From a bacterium (GTDB taxonomy: Bacteria; CG03): a stretch of 32,000 bases of DNA. The stretch's first letter is position 1; each line of letters opens with the position of its first letter. The position numbers and the translations under genes were made by a program. The stretch spans positions 1-32,000 of the forward strand of contig JBDRRS010000007.1 of assembly GCA_043825615.1 (NCBI GenBank), read 5' to 3'. Positions 9,696 through 17,049 of the stretch are shown one piece after another. The notes below the pieces were generated by a model. That model ran no database searches and had not been told where the DNA came from. It saw nothing but the letters and a program-made list of their open reading frames with translations.

Positions 9696-10400
9696 TTATG
9701 CGATAAAAGCAATCCCTGCAAAAATAAAAGCGGGAAACAAAACGCTTCCGAGAATCCTGTTGAACACGGGAAAATTAAAATCATATCTCTTCAGAGCTGC
9801 GGCCGAGCAGAGAAACAAAACAAGCGGGCCCGCGAACACGTTTCCCCCGCAGTCGGCCCAGATATTCCTTCTCACGAGGATAAAGAAAAAAAGAGCGCTT
9901 CCGGAAATCAGCAGCAAAATTATTCTTGAAACATTAAAACCTGCGCCGGAAAAAACATGGACCGCATGATAAAGCGCCTCGGATTTGTAAAAAAGAAAAC
10001 TGAAAACCGCTATAAAAACGCCCGCTGTGACATAGAAATAATTCAATTTGAGATGAACTTTGAGAACGCGTAAATAGAAATTGTATAAAATTTTCTTGAT
10101 GTCGCGCTTCTCCGCCTTTTGCTCGGAGGTTTTAAGAAGCCGTTTCTTAAAATTGTCGATAACCGGAGACGTAACCTCGTAAGACATCACCTCGCGGAGT
10201 TCTTTATCCGTTGACTCATCCCCCGAAGAGATGGATTCCATCGCGCGCCGGCGCTCTTCGCCGGCTTTTTTCGTGTCATCCGCCCGGCGGGCCAGCGACG
10301 ACTGCAGAACACCCGCCTTCTTTTTTATAATACCCTGAATTTTCCCGCCGAAAATGGCAATTCCGCAAAGAACAATAACAAAAACTACTCTGAATTTCAT
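9696..10400 (-). CDS. Hypothetical integral membrane protein
   Basis: 234 aa with an N-terminal signal/TM segment, a charged region and several C-terminal hydrophobic helices; 2-nt spacing to neighbours. Confidence 0.6.
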   Translation of the reverse strand: MKFRVVFVIVLCGIAIFGGKIQGIIKKKAGVLQSSLARRADDTKKAGEERRRAMESISSGDESTDKELREVMSYEVTSPVIDNFKKRLLKTSEQKAEKRDIKKILYNFYLRVLKVHLKLNYFYVTAGVFIAVFSFLFYKSEALYHAVHVFSGAGFNVSRIILLLISGSALFFFILVRRNIWADCGGNVFAGPLVLFLCSAAALKRYDFNFPVFNRILGSVLFPAFIFAGIAFIA

Positions 10401-10402
10401 AA

Positions 10403-10711
10403 TTACATCAAACCCGCCGTCCTGCCCACGTCATGGATAAAAGCCAAACCGTTGCCGGGTTTATCAAGTTTCCCGACGGCAACAATCCTGTCGAAGACCT
10501 CATCAACACGCTCGCCGGGAACAACCGTCATAAAGACCTCTTTTTCCGGATTTATGAAAGCCCTCCTGAAAAAACCGAGTTTCTGCCTGACCCCCGTTCC
10601 CCGCGCGTAGAAAATCGTCGCGCCCGAAACATTCATTTTCAAAATTTCCTTCACAATTTTATTGGCTTTTCCCCTGTCCACAACGCACGTAATCAATTTC
10701 AGATTCTCCAT
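10403..10711 (-). CDS. PII-like (GlnB-fold) protein
   Basis: 'MENLKLITCVVDRGKANKIVKEILKMNVSGATIFYARGTGVRQKLG...EKEVFMTVVPGERVDEVFDRIV' resembles PII-family strand/helix organisation. Confidence 0.65.
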   Translation of the reverse strand: MENLKLITCVVDRGKANKIVKEILKMNVSGATIFYARGTGVRQKLGFFRRAFINPEKEVFMTVVPGERVDEVFDRIVAVGKLDKPGNGLAFIHDVGRTAGLM

Positions 10712-10770
10712 TCATCCTCCGTCATATTTACTCTTTTATACTGCACTGTGAAAATGACCGTTGCCTTTTA

Positions 10771-11085
10771 TTAATCCCTCTTGTAAAACCCGAACGCCTT
10801 CTCCACGTCCTGAACAAAAACAAAACCCCTCGCCGTTTCCTTCAGATTGGCAAGTTCAATAATTCTGCCGAACATATCATCCGTTTTTTCCTCCGGCACA
10901 ACCGTCATAAAGACATCTTTTTCCGGCTCTATCAACCTTCCCTTAAGCCCGATTTTCTCCCTCACTCCCGTTCCGACGCCGCGGAAACTCGTCACGCCAG
11001 AAATGCCCATTTTCAAAATTTCCTTTATTATACCGTCCGCTTTTCCCTGCTCTACAATGCACGTTATCAACTTATACTTTTCCAT
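10771..11085 (-). CDS. Second PII-like protein, tandem paralogue
   Basis: 'MEKYKLITCIVEQGKADGIIKEILKMGISGVTSFRGVGTGVREKIG...EKDVFMTVVPEEKTDDMFGRIIELA' is clearly homologous to 10403-10711. Confidence 0.65.
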   Translation of the reverse strand: MEKYKLITCIVEQGKADGIIKEILKMGISGVTSFRGVGTGVREKIGLKGRLIEPEKDVFMTVVPEEKTDDMFGRIIELANLKETARGFVFVQDVEKAFGFYKRD

Positions 11086-11097
11086 ATCTTCCTCCTT

Positions 11098-11140
11098 ATC
11101 AGGGCGGCGGGAGGCTTGCCCCGTTGGGGGTGGCGTCCAT
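11098..11140. repeat. Copy 1 of a dispersed GC-rich mini-repeat (TTATCAGGGCGGCGGGAGG...GGTGGCGTCCAT)
   Basis: Direct sequence match to 14199-14228. Confidence 0.7.
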
Positions 11141-12015
11141 TACCGCAGACCTCCCTTCTTTCTTTTCCTTTCCTGCTTCTCCAGCGATTTAAGGAACTTT
11201 TTTATGTCCTTATTATCAGGATTTATCTTCAGCGCATCTTCCCAGTTTTTTTTCGCCGCGGAAAAATTTTTAAGCGCGTAATAAGCCGAGCCCCTTCTCA
11301 TCAGGGCAAGCTCCTTGTTTTCGTCCAGCGCCAGAGCTCTGTCGCAGGCAATAATCGCCCCCGTATAATCCGCCTTATAAATGGAATCCAGCGAACTCTG
11401 GAGCAGCTGATGCAGCAAATCCATTCCTTCTATGAGTTTTATCTTGGACCTTTCTTCGGGATAAACGCTTTCAAAATAAGAAAGAATGCCGGTTATCTGT
11501 TCCCGCCGGCGGTCGTCCTTATTTATCTGTCCCGCGTATATCAGCGCGTCAAAAATCAAACCCGGTTTTTTCTCCAGATACGCCACGATGCCTTTTCTCA
11601 CATACTGCAAGACCTTATCCTGACCGGAAGAGTCCTTTACCAGCGAAGAAATTTTTTCAAGTTTTTCTTTTTTTTCAGCGACGCCGGGATAAGTCGGGTC
11701 AATGTCCATTATGCGTTTAGCCGTATCGGAAGCCGCAAACCACCTGCCTGCCATTATCTGTTCTTCAAACGCCCTGACTTTCGGATTGAGTTCGTCCTCT
11801 ATCTTCTGTCTGATGAACTTTATCATCTTTAACGGCGGTGTCTGCTCCGGGTCAATTTCAAGAATTCTCTGCCAGCAGCGTATTGCATCGCTGTATTTCC
11901 CCGCCGTGTAATATTTTACGGCGGAATTATACAGACCTTTTATGTCTTCTCCGGCAAAAGCAATAATGGGGACGGTTCCTAATATGCACAATCCCACCAA
12001 TTTCTTAAACATCAA
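11140..12015 (-). CDS. Secreted/periplasmic tetratricopeptide-repeat protein
   Basis: Signal-like 'MMFKKLVGLCILGTVPIIAFAGEDI', then TPR-like 'YNSAVKYYTAGKYSDAIRCWQRILEIDPE' and 'LMRRGSAYYALKNFSAAKKNWEDALKINPDN'. Confidence 0.8.
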   Translation of the reverse strand: MMFKKLVGLCILGTVPIIAFAGEDIKGLYNSAVKYYTAGKYSDAIRCWQRILEIDPEQTPPLKMIKFIRQKIEDELNPKVRAFEEQIMAGRWFAASDTAKRIMDIDPTYPGVAEKKEKLEKISSLVKDSSGQDKVLQYVRKGIVAYLEKKPGLIFDALIYAGQINKDDRRREQITGILSYFESVYPEERSKIKLIEGMDLLHQLLQSSLDSIYKADYTGAIIACDRALALDENKELALMRRGSAYYALKNFSAAKKNWEDALKINPDNKDIKKFLKSLEKQERKRKKGGLR

Positions 12016-12064
12016 TCGCCAAACTCCATTAAAATCATCTCCTCGGATAATTAGGAACCGTCCC
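11969..12064. repeat. Inverted pair GGGACGGTTCCTAAT (11969-11983) / ATTAGGAACCGTCCC (12050-12064)
   Basis: Perfect 15-nt reverse complements bracketing the start of the TPR gene; further core copies at 7148-7161 and 15615-15626. Confidence 0.8.
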
Positions 12065-12726
12065 TAATTCTTACTAATTCTTAAAATGCTTATTTCAATG
12101 CGGCGGTTCTGAGCCCGTCCTGATGCGGCGGCGTTATCCGCAACGGGATAATATTCGCCGAAACCGTAAGCGGAAAATCTTCCCGGATGTATTTTTTCAA
12201 CATCAATAAAATATTTTATAACGCTGAATGCCCGGAGGGTTGAAAGTTCGAAATTGCCGCCGGGCAGCTGCCTGAACGAAATATTATCGGTGTGCCCCGC
12301 AACATTTATTTTATTATCCGTTCCTTTTAAGACCTCTGCGACTTTATGCAAAGTCAGATGACTGCTTTTTTTAAGGTCGGAAGAACCCGAATCAAAAAGA
12401 ACGGGGCTCTCCATCATTATTCTTATTTTCCGCGCATCCATTTTGATGACGCCTTCGCCGTCCCTGAATATCTCCGATATTTTTTCAGCCATTTCAACAT
12501 CCTTCATAGAACTTTTTTCCCGCGAAACACCCGCCTGGAGACGCGCGATAACACCTTCGTATCTGACCCCCGACTTCAATGAAATGACATAAAGTATCAG
12601 AAAAAAAATCATACAGAGAAGCATCATCGTGCCGTAAGGCGTTTTCCACGAAGAGGGATCAAAACCCTTCCCGTATTTTACCGCCCTGTCGGTATGCCTT
12701 CTCCCTGAGCCTGCAATCACGCTCAT
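12064..12726 (-). CDS. MotB/OmpA-family protein with one N-terminal TM lacking the MotB aspartate
   Basis: TM 'TPYGTMMLLCMIFFLILYVISL'; OmpA-like domain 'PVLFDSGSSDLKKSSHLTLHKVAEVLKGTDNKINVAGHTDN...AASGRAQNRRIEISI'. Confidence 0.8.
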   Translation of the reverse strand: MSVIAGSGRRHTDRAVKYGKGFDPSSWKTPYGTMMLLCMIFFLILYVISLKSGVRYEGVIARLQAGVSREKSSMKDVEMAEKISEIFRDGEGVIKMDARKIRIMMESPVLFDSGSSDLKKSSHLTLHKVAEVLKGTDNKINVAGHTDNISFRQLPGGNFELSTLRAFSVIKYFIDVEKIHPGRFSAYGFGEYYPVADNAAASGRAQNRRIEISILRISKN

Positions 12727-13391
12727 TCAATATCCTGCTTGAGCAGCACAATTTCAATTCGCCGGTTTTTCTGGCGCGACGTCGGGGTCTCGTTGGAAAA
12801 CCTTGGAAAATACTCTCCGTATCCGGCGGCGACAAACCTTTCCGGCGGGAAACCCCTGCCGATAAAATAATCGATAACGTTTACCGCCCGGCGGGCGGAA
12901 AGTTCCCAGTTCGAACGGAAAAGAGCGCTCTTAATCGGCACATTATCCGTGTGTCCTTCGACAATCACTTTATCGTCCGTCATAGATAAAGTTCTCGCTA
13001 TTTCATTCAGTAATTTCTTCGTTTCATCTTTTACCAGCGCGCCGCCGGAATCAAAAAGCACCGGCGTGTTCAGGACAAGCCGTATCTGGCTTTCATTAAC
13101 CTCCAGGGTGGAGTATTTTTTAAGATTGCCTTTCTGAAGCAGTTCTTCCAAATTGCTCTGCGTTTCATCCTCCGCAAACTTTTTCAGAACATTATCCGCC
13201 TTATGTCTTAAGACCACATCCTTCTTCCCGGCGCTGCTCAGCGCGGAATGCATCTGGCGCTGCTGCGATTGGGAAAGGCGCGTAAAACCGTACAGCAGGA
13301 GAAAAAAAAGCATAAGATTCGTCGTCATATCGCAGAACACGGTAAGCCAGATGGGTTCTCTTTGAACTTTCCTGAACGCCTTAAAAATCAT
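12723..13391 (-). CDS. MotB-like stator protein with conserved TM aspartate and OmpA-like peptidoglycan-binding domain
   Basis: 'REPIWLTVFCDMTTNLMLFFLLLYGF' (compare MotB 'W..tfsDlmtlLl.FFvlL'), then 'VLFDSGGALVKDETKKLLNEIARTL...VEGHTDNVPIKS...NRRIEIVL'. Confidence 0.82.
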   Translation of the reverse strand: MIFKAFRKVQREPIWLTVFCDMTTNLMLFFLLLYGFTRLSQSQQRQMHSALSSAGKKDVVLRHKADNVLKKFAEDETQSNLEELLQKGNLKKYSTLEVNESQIRLVLNTPVLFDSGGALVKDETKKLLNEIARTLSMTDDKVIVEGHTDNVPIKSALFRSNWELSARRAVNVIDYFIGRGFPPERFVAAGYGEYFPRFSNETPTSRQKNRRIEIVLLKQDIE

Positions 13392-13418
13392 TTACAAATA
13401 TTCTGCGCGGCCCGTCTT

Positions 13419-14186
13419 TCATTTCTTCCGCTTCTCCCTGATGCGTTTTGAGAGAAACGCCTCAAGACGGTGCAAGGTTATGGACGGGACTTCCTGATTG
13501 AGTATTGATTCTATTCCTTCGGCTATCAGTTCCTTGGCAAGAATCTCATCGTTCGAGTACTCTCCGAGTTTCAGCGAAGCGGGTAAAAAAAGAAAATTCG
13601 CGCCGAAAATACCGTAAAATGTCGTCGTAACGGCAATAGCCATGGAAGCACCCATACTCGCCGGGTCCTGCAGATTTTTCAGAACCTGAATAACCCCTAT
13701 AAGCGTGCCCAGTAAACCGAATATGGGAGAAAAAGTAGCCATTGCCTGCAAGACCCCCGATGTCCTTTCATGCCTCTGGGCGACGGAAAAAATTTCCTGC
13801 CTCATGTTTTCAAGAATTATTTCCTTTTCCACGCCGTCGGATATTTTTTTAACGTTGGCGGAGAGGAATCTGTTCTTTGCCTGAACCGGCGAATCAGACA
13901 GAACCATAAAACCGTTTCTCTTAGCCGCGGCGGACAGAACCGCAATGTCTTTTACGAGTTTGTTTATATCCGTCGGAGGAGGAGGAAAAAGTATGAGTTT
14001 AACCGCAGACGGAACCTGCTTTATGCTGCGGAAAGGAAATGCAATTAACGTCGAACCGAGAGTCCCTCCGAACACAAGAATAGCGGCATCCAAATTAAAA
14101 AGGAGATAAACGACATCCCCGTGAAGCATGACCAAATAAACGGCGCCGGTTCCGAGAGCAAAACCAAGAACAGTCATCAGGTCCAT
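13419..14186 (-). CDS. MotA-like stator channel protein
   Basis: 'MDLMTVLGFALGTGAVYLVMLHGDVVYLLFNLDAAILVFGGTLGSTLIAFP' and 'MATFSPIFGLLGTLIGVIQVLKNLQDPASMGASMAIAVTTTFYGIFGANFLFLPAS', typical MotA features, 255 aa. Confidence 0.88.
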   Translation of the reverse strand: MDLMTVLGFALGTGAVYLVMLHGDVVYLLFNLDAAILVFGGTLGSTLIAFPFRSIKQVPSAVKLILFPPPPTDINKLVKDIAVLSAAAKRNGFMVLSDSPVQAKNRFLSANVKKISDGVEKEIILENMRQEIFSVAQRHERTSGVLQAMATFSPIFGLLGTLIGVIQVLKNLQDPASMGASMAIAVTTTFYGIFGANFLFLPASLKLGEYSNDEILAKELIAEGIESILNQEVPSITLHRLEAFLSKRIREKRKK

Positions 14187-14198
14187 ATTTTTCCTTCC

Positions 14199-14228
14199 TT
14201 ATCAGGGCGGCGGGAGGGTGGCGTCCAT
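14199..14228. repeat. Copy 2 of the GC-rich mini-repeat
   Basis: TTATCAGGGCGGCGGGAGGGTGGCGTCCAT. Confidence 0.7.
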
Positions 14229-14229
14229 A

Positions 14230-15630
14230 TTAACCCCGCTTTCCCCGCGGCGGGGCGTCTTCGTCCGCCTGCGGCGTGGCGAGCAAACCGTCTTTTCTCA
14301 ATTTGTCCGCAACGCGGGCGAGCGCTTTTTTATCTTCTCTTAACCTCGCGGGCCCGGGAGATGCGCCAAGTTCTATTTCTTCCTTCAGACGCGTCGCAAT
14401 GCCCTCCGGAAGTTTCTCCAGAATGCCGTTTCTTACGCTTTCTTCCAGCGTCCGGAGCACGTTCGCAAACGCCACCGGCGTGAAACTCCGGCTCAGCAGA
14501 AGAATATCCCCGGAAGTCATATCCGCAAGAGACCCCGCGCGAAAAACAGCCGACCTCAACTCATCCGCAAAAAGCGAGTCGCTCTGCGCTATGAAATCGA
14601 GATAAGAATCCATTTCTTCGTCGCCCAAACCCTCCAGAATTTCTTTAACGACTTCTTTCCCGCCGACCATAAAATCCATCTTCTGCCTGAGATGCTCTTC
14701 CCATTTAAGAACCTCGTCCGGGGGCAGAGTTCTCGTCTGCGCAAGTTTTGACAATGCCTCGCGGGCCTGCGCAGGCTCCAAACCCGACAGGACTTTATTC
14801 GCCACCTGCGGAGCGTAATTGATCAAAACGGCAATGTTTTCGGGCTTTTCCTTCTTAAGAAGAAAAAGAAGTTTATCCGTATTTTCCTCGTTTACAAAAG
14901 AAAAATGCTTTTTGACGCCCTCTCTTTCTCCGCCGGCAGCGCCCATCCCTGCAGCCGGAGCGGCTGCGCTCACAGAGGAACTAAAAGCCGCCGCTGTTTC
15001 GCTTTTTTTCAAAGAACTTTCAAGCGTTTCGGATATAATCCCCGCCGCGCGGGGAAACACGCGCATTCCGAAAACAAAAAGAACCGCTATCAGAATAACG
15101 GCAAGACCTGAAAACAGCAGACCCCATAAATGCGGCGGATATATGATATCCGACCACTTGAAGGGATTTTCTCTGAAATTCATTTTCTTGATGATGAGCG
15201 CATCGCCGCGGGCGGCCTCAAGCCCGAGGACGCTCGTCGAGACCTCTCTTATTATATTAACCATGCTTTCGGGAAGGCCGTTGTCCACGATAATCTGCGC
15301 AGTGAGTTTCTTTATGTTTTTCGCCGTGTCTCCGAGGTCAAGACTCGCCAGCCCGAGGCCGAGTTTCTCCTGCAGGGGAACCCCCGGCAGGACGACCGCC
15401 TCCTCATCCTCATCTTCCGAACTGCTGCTTATCAACTGAACGTTTATAACGATTAACAGCTTGTCCGTCCCTGTTATTTCGGTCAATATCCGTCTTAACC
15501 TTTCCTCAAGATTCTTTTCTATGGCGATTTTTGTTTCTATGTCGGAACCTTGTTTTGCAAAGGCATTGCCCGGCAGCGCAGGAAGGAAAAAACAGAAGAG
15601 CGAGAAAAGAATAATGGGGACGGTTCCCAT
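14230..15630 (-). CDS. FliF C-terminal (RBM3-like)/TM/FliG-like fusion, membrane-anchored rotor protein
   Basis: Signal peptide; 'IEKNLEERLRRILTEITGTDKLLIVINVQL' and 'REVSTSVLGLEAARGDALIIKKMNF' (FliF 'iG...RGD.v.v...F' pattern); TM 'LWGLLFSGLAVILIAVLFVFG'; FliG-like 'PENIAVLINYAPQVANKVLSGLEPAQAREALSKLAQT' and 'LAARG-type ...ASPGPARLREDKKALARVADKLRKDGLL' (compare FliG-C 'GPVRLSDVEEAQ..I..ia..Le.eGei'). Confidence 0.72.
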   Translation of the reverse strand: MGTVPIILFSLFCFFLPALPGNAFAKQGSDIETKIAIEKNLEERLRRILTEITGTDKLLIVINVQLISSSSEDEDEEAVVLPGVPLQEKLGLGLASLDLGDTAKNIKKLTAQIIVDNGLPESMVNIIREVSTSVLGLEAARGDALIIKKMNFRENPFKWSDIIYPPHLWGLLFSGLAVILIAVLFVFGMRVFPRAAGIISETLESSLKKSETAAAFSSSVSAAAPAAGMGAAGGEREGVKKHFSFVNEENTDKLLFLLKKEKPENIAVLINYAPQVANKVLSGLEPAQAREALSKLAQTRTLPPDEVLKWEEHLRQKMDFMVGGKEVVKEILEGLGDEEMDSYLDFIAQSDSLFADELRSAVFRAGSLADMTSGDILLLSRSFTPVAFANVLRTLEESVRNGILEKLPEGIATRLKEEIELGASPGPARLREDKKALARVADKLRKDGLLATPQADEDAPPRGKRG

Positions 15631-15635
15631 TACTT

Positions 15636-16136
15636 TTAAAACTCCTCCGCAACAACACCCGCTATCATCCTGACCGTTTCAATGTCCTGCTGGGAAAGGA
15701 CTTCCTTCGACGTGAGTTTTTTCGCGTTAATAACGCCGATTGCCCTGCCGTTTTTTATCACCGGCACGCTTAAGCCGGAAGTTATATTCTCATACTTTGC
15801 CAAATGCGCAAAACTTCTGTGCTGGGAAACTTCGCCGACGATAAGAAACGGTTTTTTTTCTGAAACGGCGCGGCCGGCGACCCTCTCGCCGACTTTGATT
15901 TTTATCCCGAGTTTCTTGTTCGCGCTCTCGGCGTCGGGTTCTGCTGCCGCCACAATTTCTATCTCATCCGACGTTTCATCCCTGAGCATAAAAGAGCATC
16001 CGTCGGCTTTTATGAAACCGGCAAGAATCTTCAGTGCGACAACAACCACTTTCCTTTTTTCCGCTCCGAGCTTTTCATCCGACACAAAAACAGGCATAAC
16101 ACCCCCTTCCCCCCGGCGATTCCGCCGGAGGAACAA
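15636..16136 (-). CDS. GAF-domain protein
   Basis: 'ADGCSFMLRDETSDEIEIVAAAEPDAESANKKLGIKIKVGERVAGRAVSEKKPFLIVGEVSQHRSF...SVPVIKNGRAIGVINAKKL' is a clear GAF pattern; the real start may be the internal MPVFVSDEK. Confidence 0.82.
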   Translation of the reverse strand: MFLRRNRRGEGGVMPVFVSDEKLGAEKRKVVVVALKILAGFIKADGCSFMLRDETSDEIEIVAAAEPDAESANKKLGIKIKVGERVAGRAVSEKKPFLIVGEVSQHRSFAHLAKYENITSGLSVPVIKNGRAIGVINAKKLTSKEVLSQQDIETVRMIAGVVAEEF

Positions 16137-16190
16137 GTAAGAATAATCACTTTACTCTTTCCCCGTGAAAGGCATTATATAAATTATAAT

Positions 16191-17018
16191 ATGGGAAATC
16201 AAATCTACTTAGGTGGTAAAATGTTTTTTGATTTTGTAAAATACAAAAATATGAAATTGGAAAAACAGATTGCGAACTGGATTAAAGGACAGGTAAAAAA
16301 AGCAAAGGCAAAGGGTATTGTCGTCGGTTTGAGCGGCGGGGTGGACTCATCCCTCTGCGCGGCTCTGTGCAAAGAAGCCCTCGGTAAAAAACTTTTAGGG
16401 CTGATAATGCCCTGCCATTCGGACACCGTGGATACCGCAGACGCTCTGATGTTTTCCAAAAAATTCAACATCCGGACGAAAAAAATCGACCTGACAAAAA
16501 CTTATGACTCCCTGACCCTGCTGTATCCTTCCGGCGGCAAAACAGCGCTGGCAAACATAAAGCCGCGTCTCAGGATGATTACGCTGTACTACTTTGCCAA
16601 TTCTTTGAATTACCTGGTCTGCGGAACGGGGAATAAGAGCGAAGCAATGATGGGCTACTTCACCAAATACGGAGACGGCGGCGCCGACATTCTGCCGCTG
16701 GGCGATATTCTGAAGACGGAAGTGCGGCACCTCGCCCGTAATATGGGCATACCAAAAAAAATAATTGACAAAGCCCCTTCGGCGGGCCTCTGGAAAGGAC
16801 AAACCGACGAGGGGGAAATGAAGATTACCTACGATAACCTTGACGCTCTTTTATCAAAATTATCTCCTTATCCGGATGGCGGGAGGCTGAAAGTGCGCCG
16901 TGGCGTGGTGGCGTCCGAATTAAAAAAATGGTTGAAAACAAAAAACAAACTGGTAAAAAGAAAAATAAAACAGTCGCGGCACAAACTGTCCCCCCCCCCT
17001 GTTTTCCGGAAATCGTAA
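16191..17018 (+). CDS. nadE: NAD+ synthetase (ATP-PP loop)
   Basis: 'GIVVGLSGGVDSSLCAALCKEALG', 'VCGTGNKSEAMMGYFTKYGDGGADILPLGDILKTEVR', 'KAPSAGLWKGQTDEGEM'. Likely true start 16221 (AGGTGG spaced before ATG). The C-terminal part is atypical. Confidence 0.9.
   Translation: MGNQIYLGGKMFFDFVKYKNMKLEKQIANWIKGQVKKAKAKGIVVGLSGGVDSSLCAALCKEALGKKLLGLIMPCHSDTVDTADALMFSKKFNIRTKKIDLTKTYDSLTLLYPSGGKTALANIKPRLRMITLYYFANSLNYLVCGTGNKSEAMMGYFTKYGDGGADILPLGDILKTEVRHLARNMGIPKKIIDKAPSAGLWKGQTDEGEMKITYDNLDALLSKLSPYPDGGRLKVRRGVVASELKKWLKTKNKLVKRKIKQSRHKLSPPPVFRKS
16869..16917. repeat. Copy 3, divergent, of the GC-rich mini-repeat, inside nadE
   Basis: TTATCCGGATGGCGGGAGGCT...GTGGTGGCGTCC. Confidence 0.55.
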
Positions 17019-17049
17019 CGGGGTGGTTTTCGGATAAAAAAAACTTCTA

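Noticed and set aside
11116-11832. 238-aa plus-strand ORF opposite the TPR gene
   Set aside because: Antisense shadow ORF; the minus strand has the coherent TPR protein.
12064-14186. Zorya anti-phage system (ZorA/ZorB)
   Set aside because: MotA-like protein is of ordinary size without ZorA's long tail, there are two MotB-like proteins, and no ZorC/ZorD/ZorE-like effectors are adjacent.
12064-14186. Conventional Tol-Pal or ExbBD system
   Set aside because: The stator proteins carry OmpA-like domains after the TM and sit next to a FliG-like gene; no TolB/TonB-like protein is present.
14819-15439. 206-aa plus-strand ORF opposite the FliF/FliG-like gene
   Set aside because: Low-complexity Ser/Ala translation, an antisense artefact of the minus-strand gene.
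16185-16190. TATAAT just before the annotated nadE ATG as a leaderless promoter
   Set aside because: Suggests the annotated start is too early rather than a leaderless gene; the ATG at 16221 with an upstream AGGTGG is more plausible.
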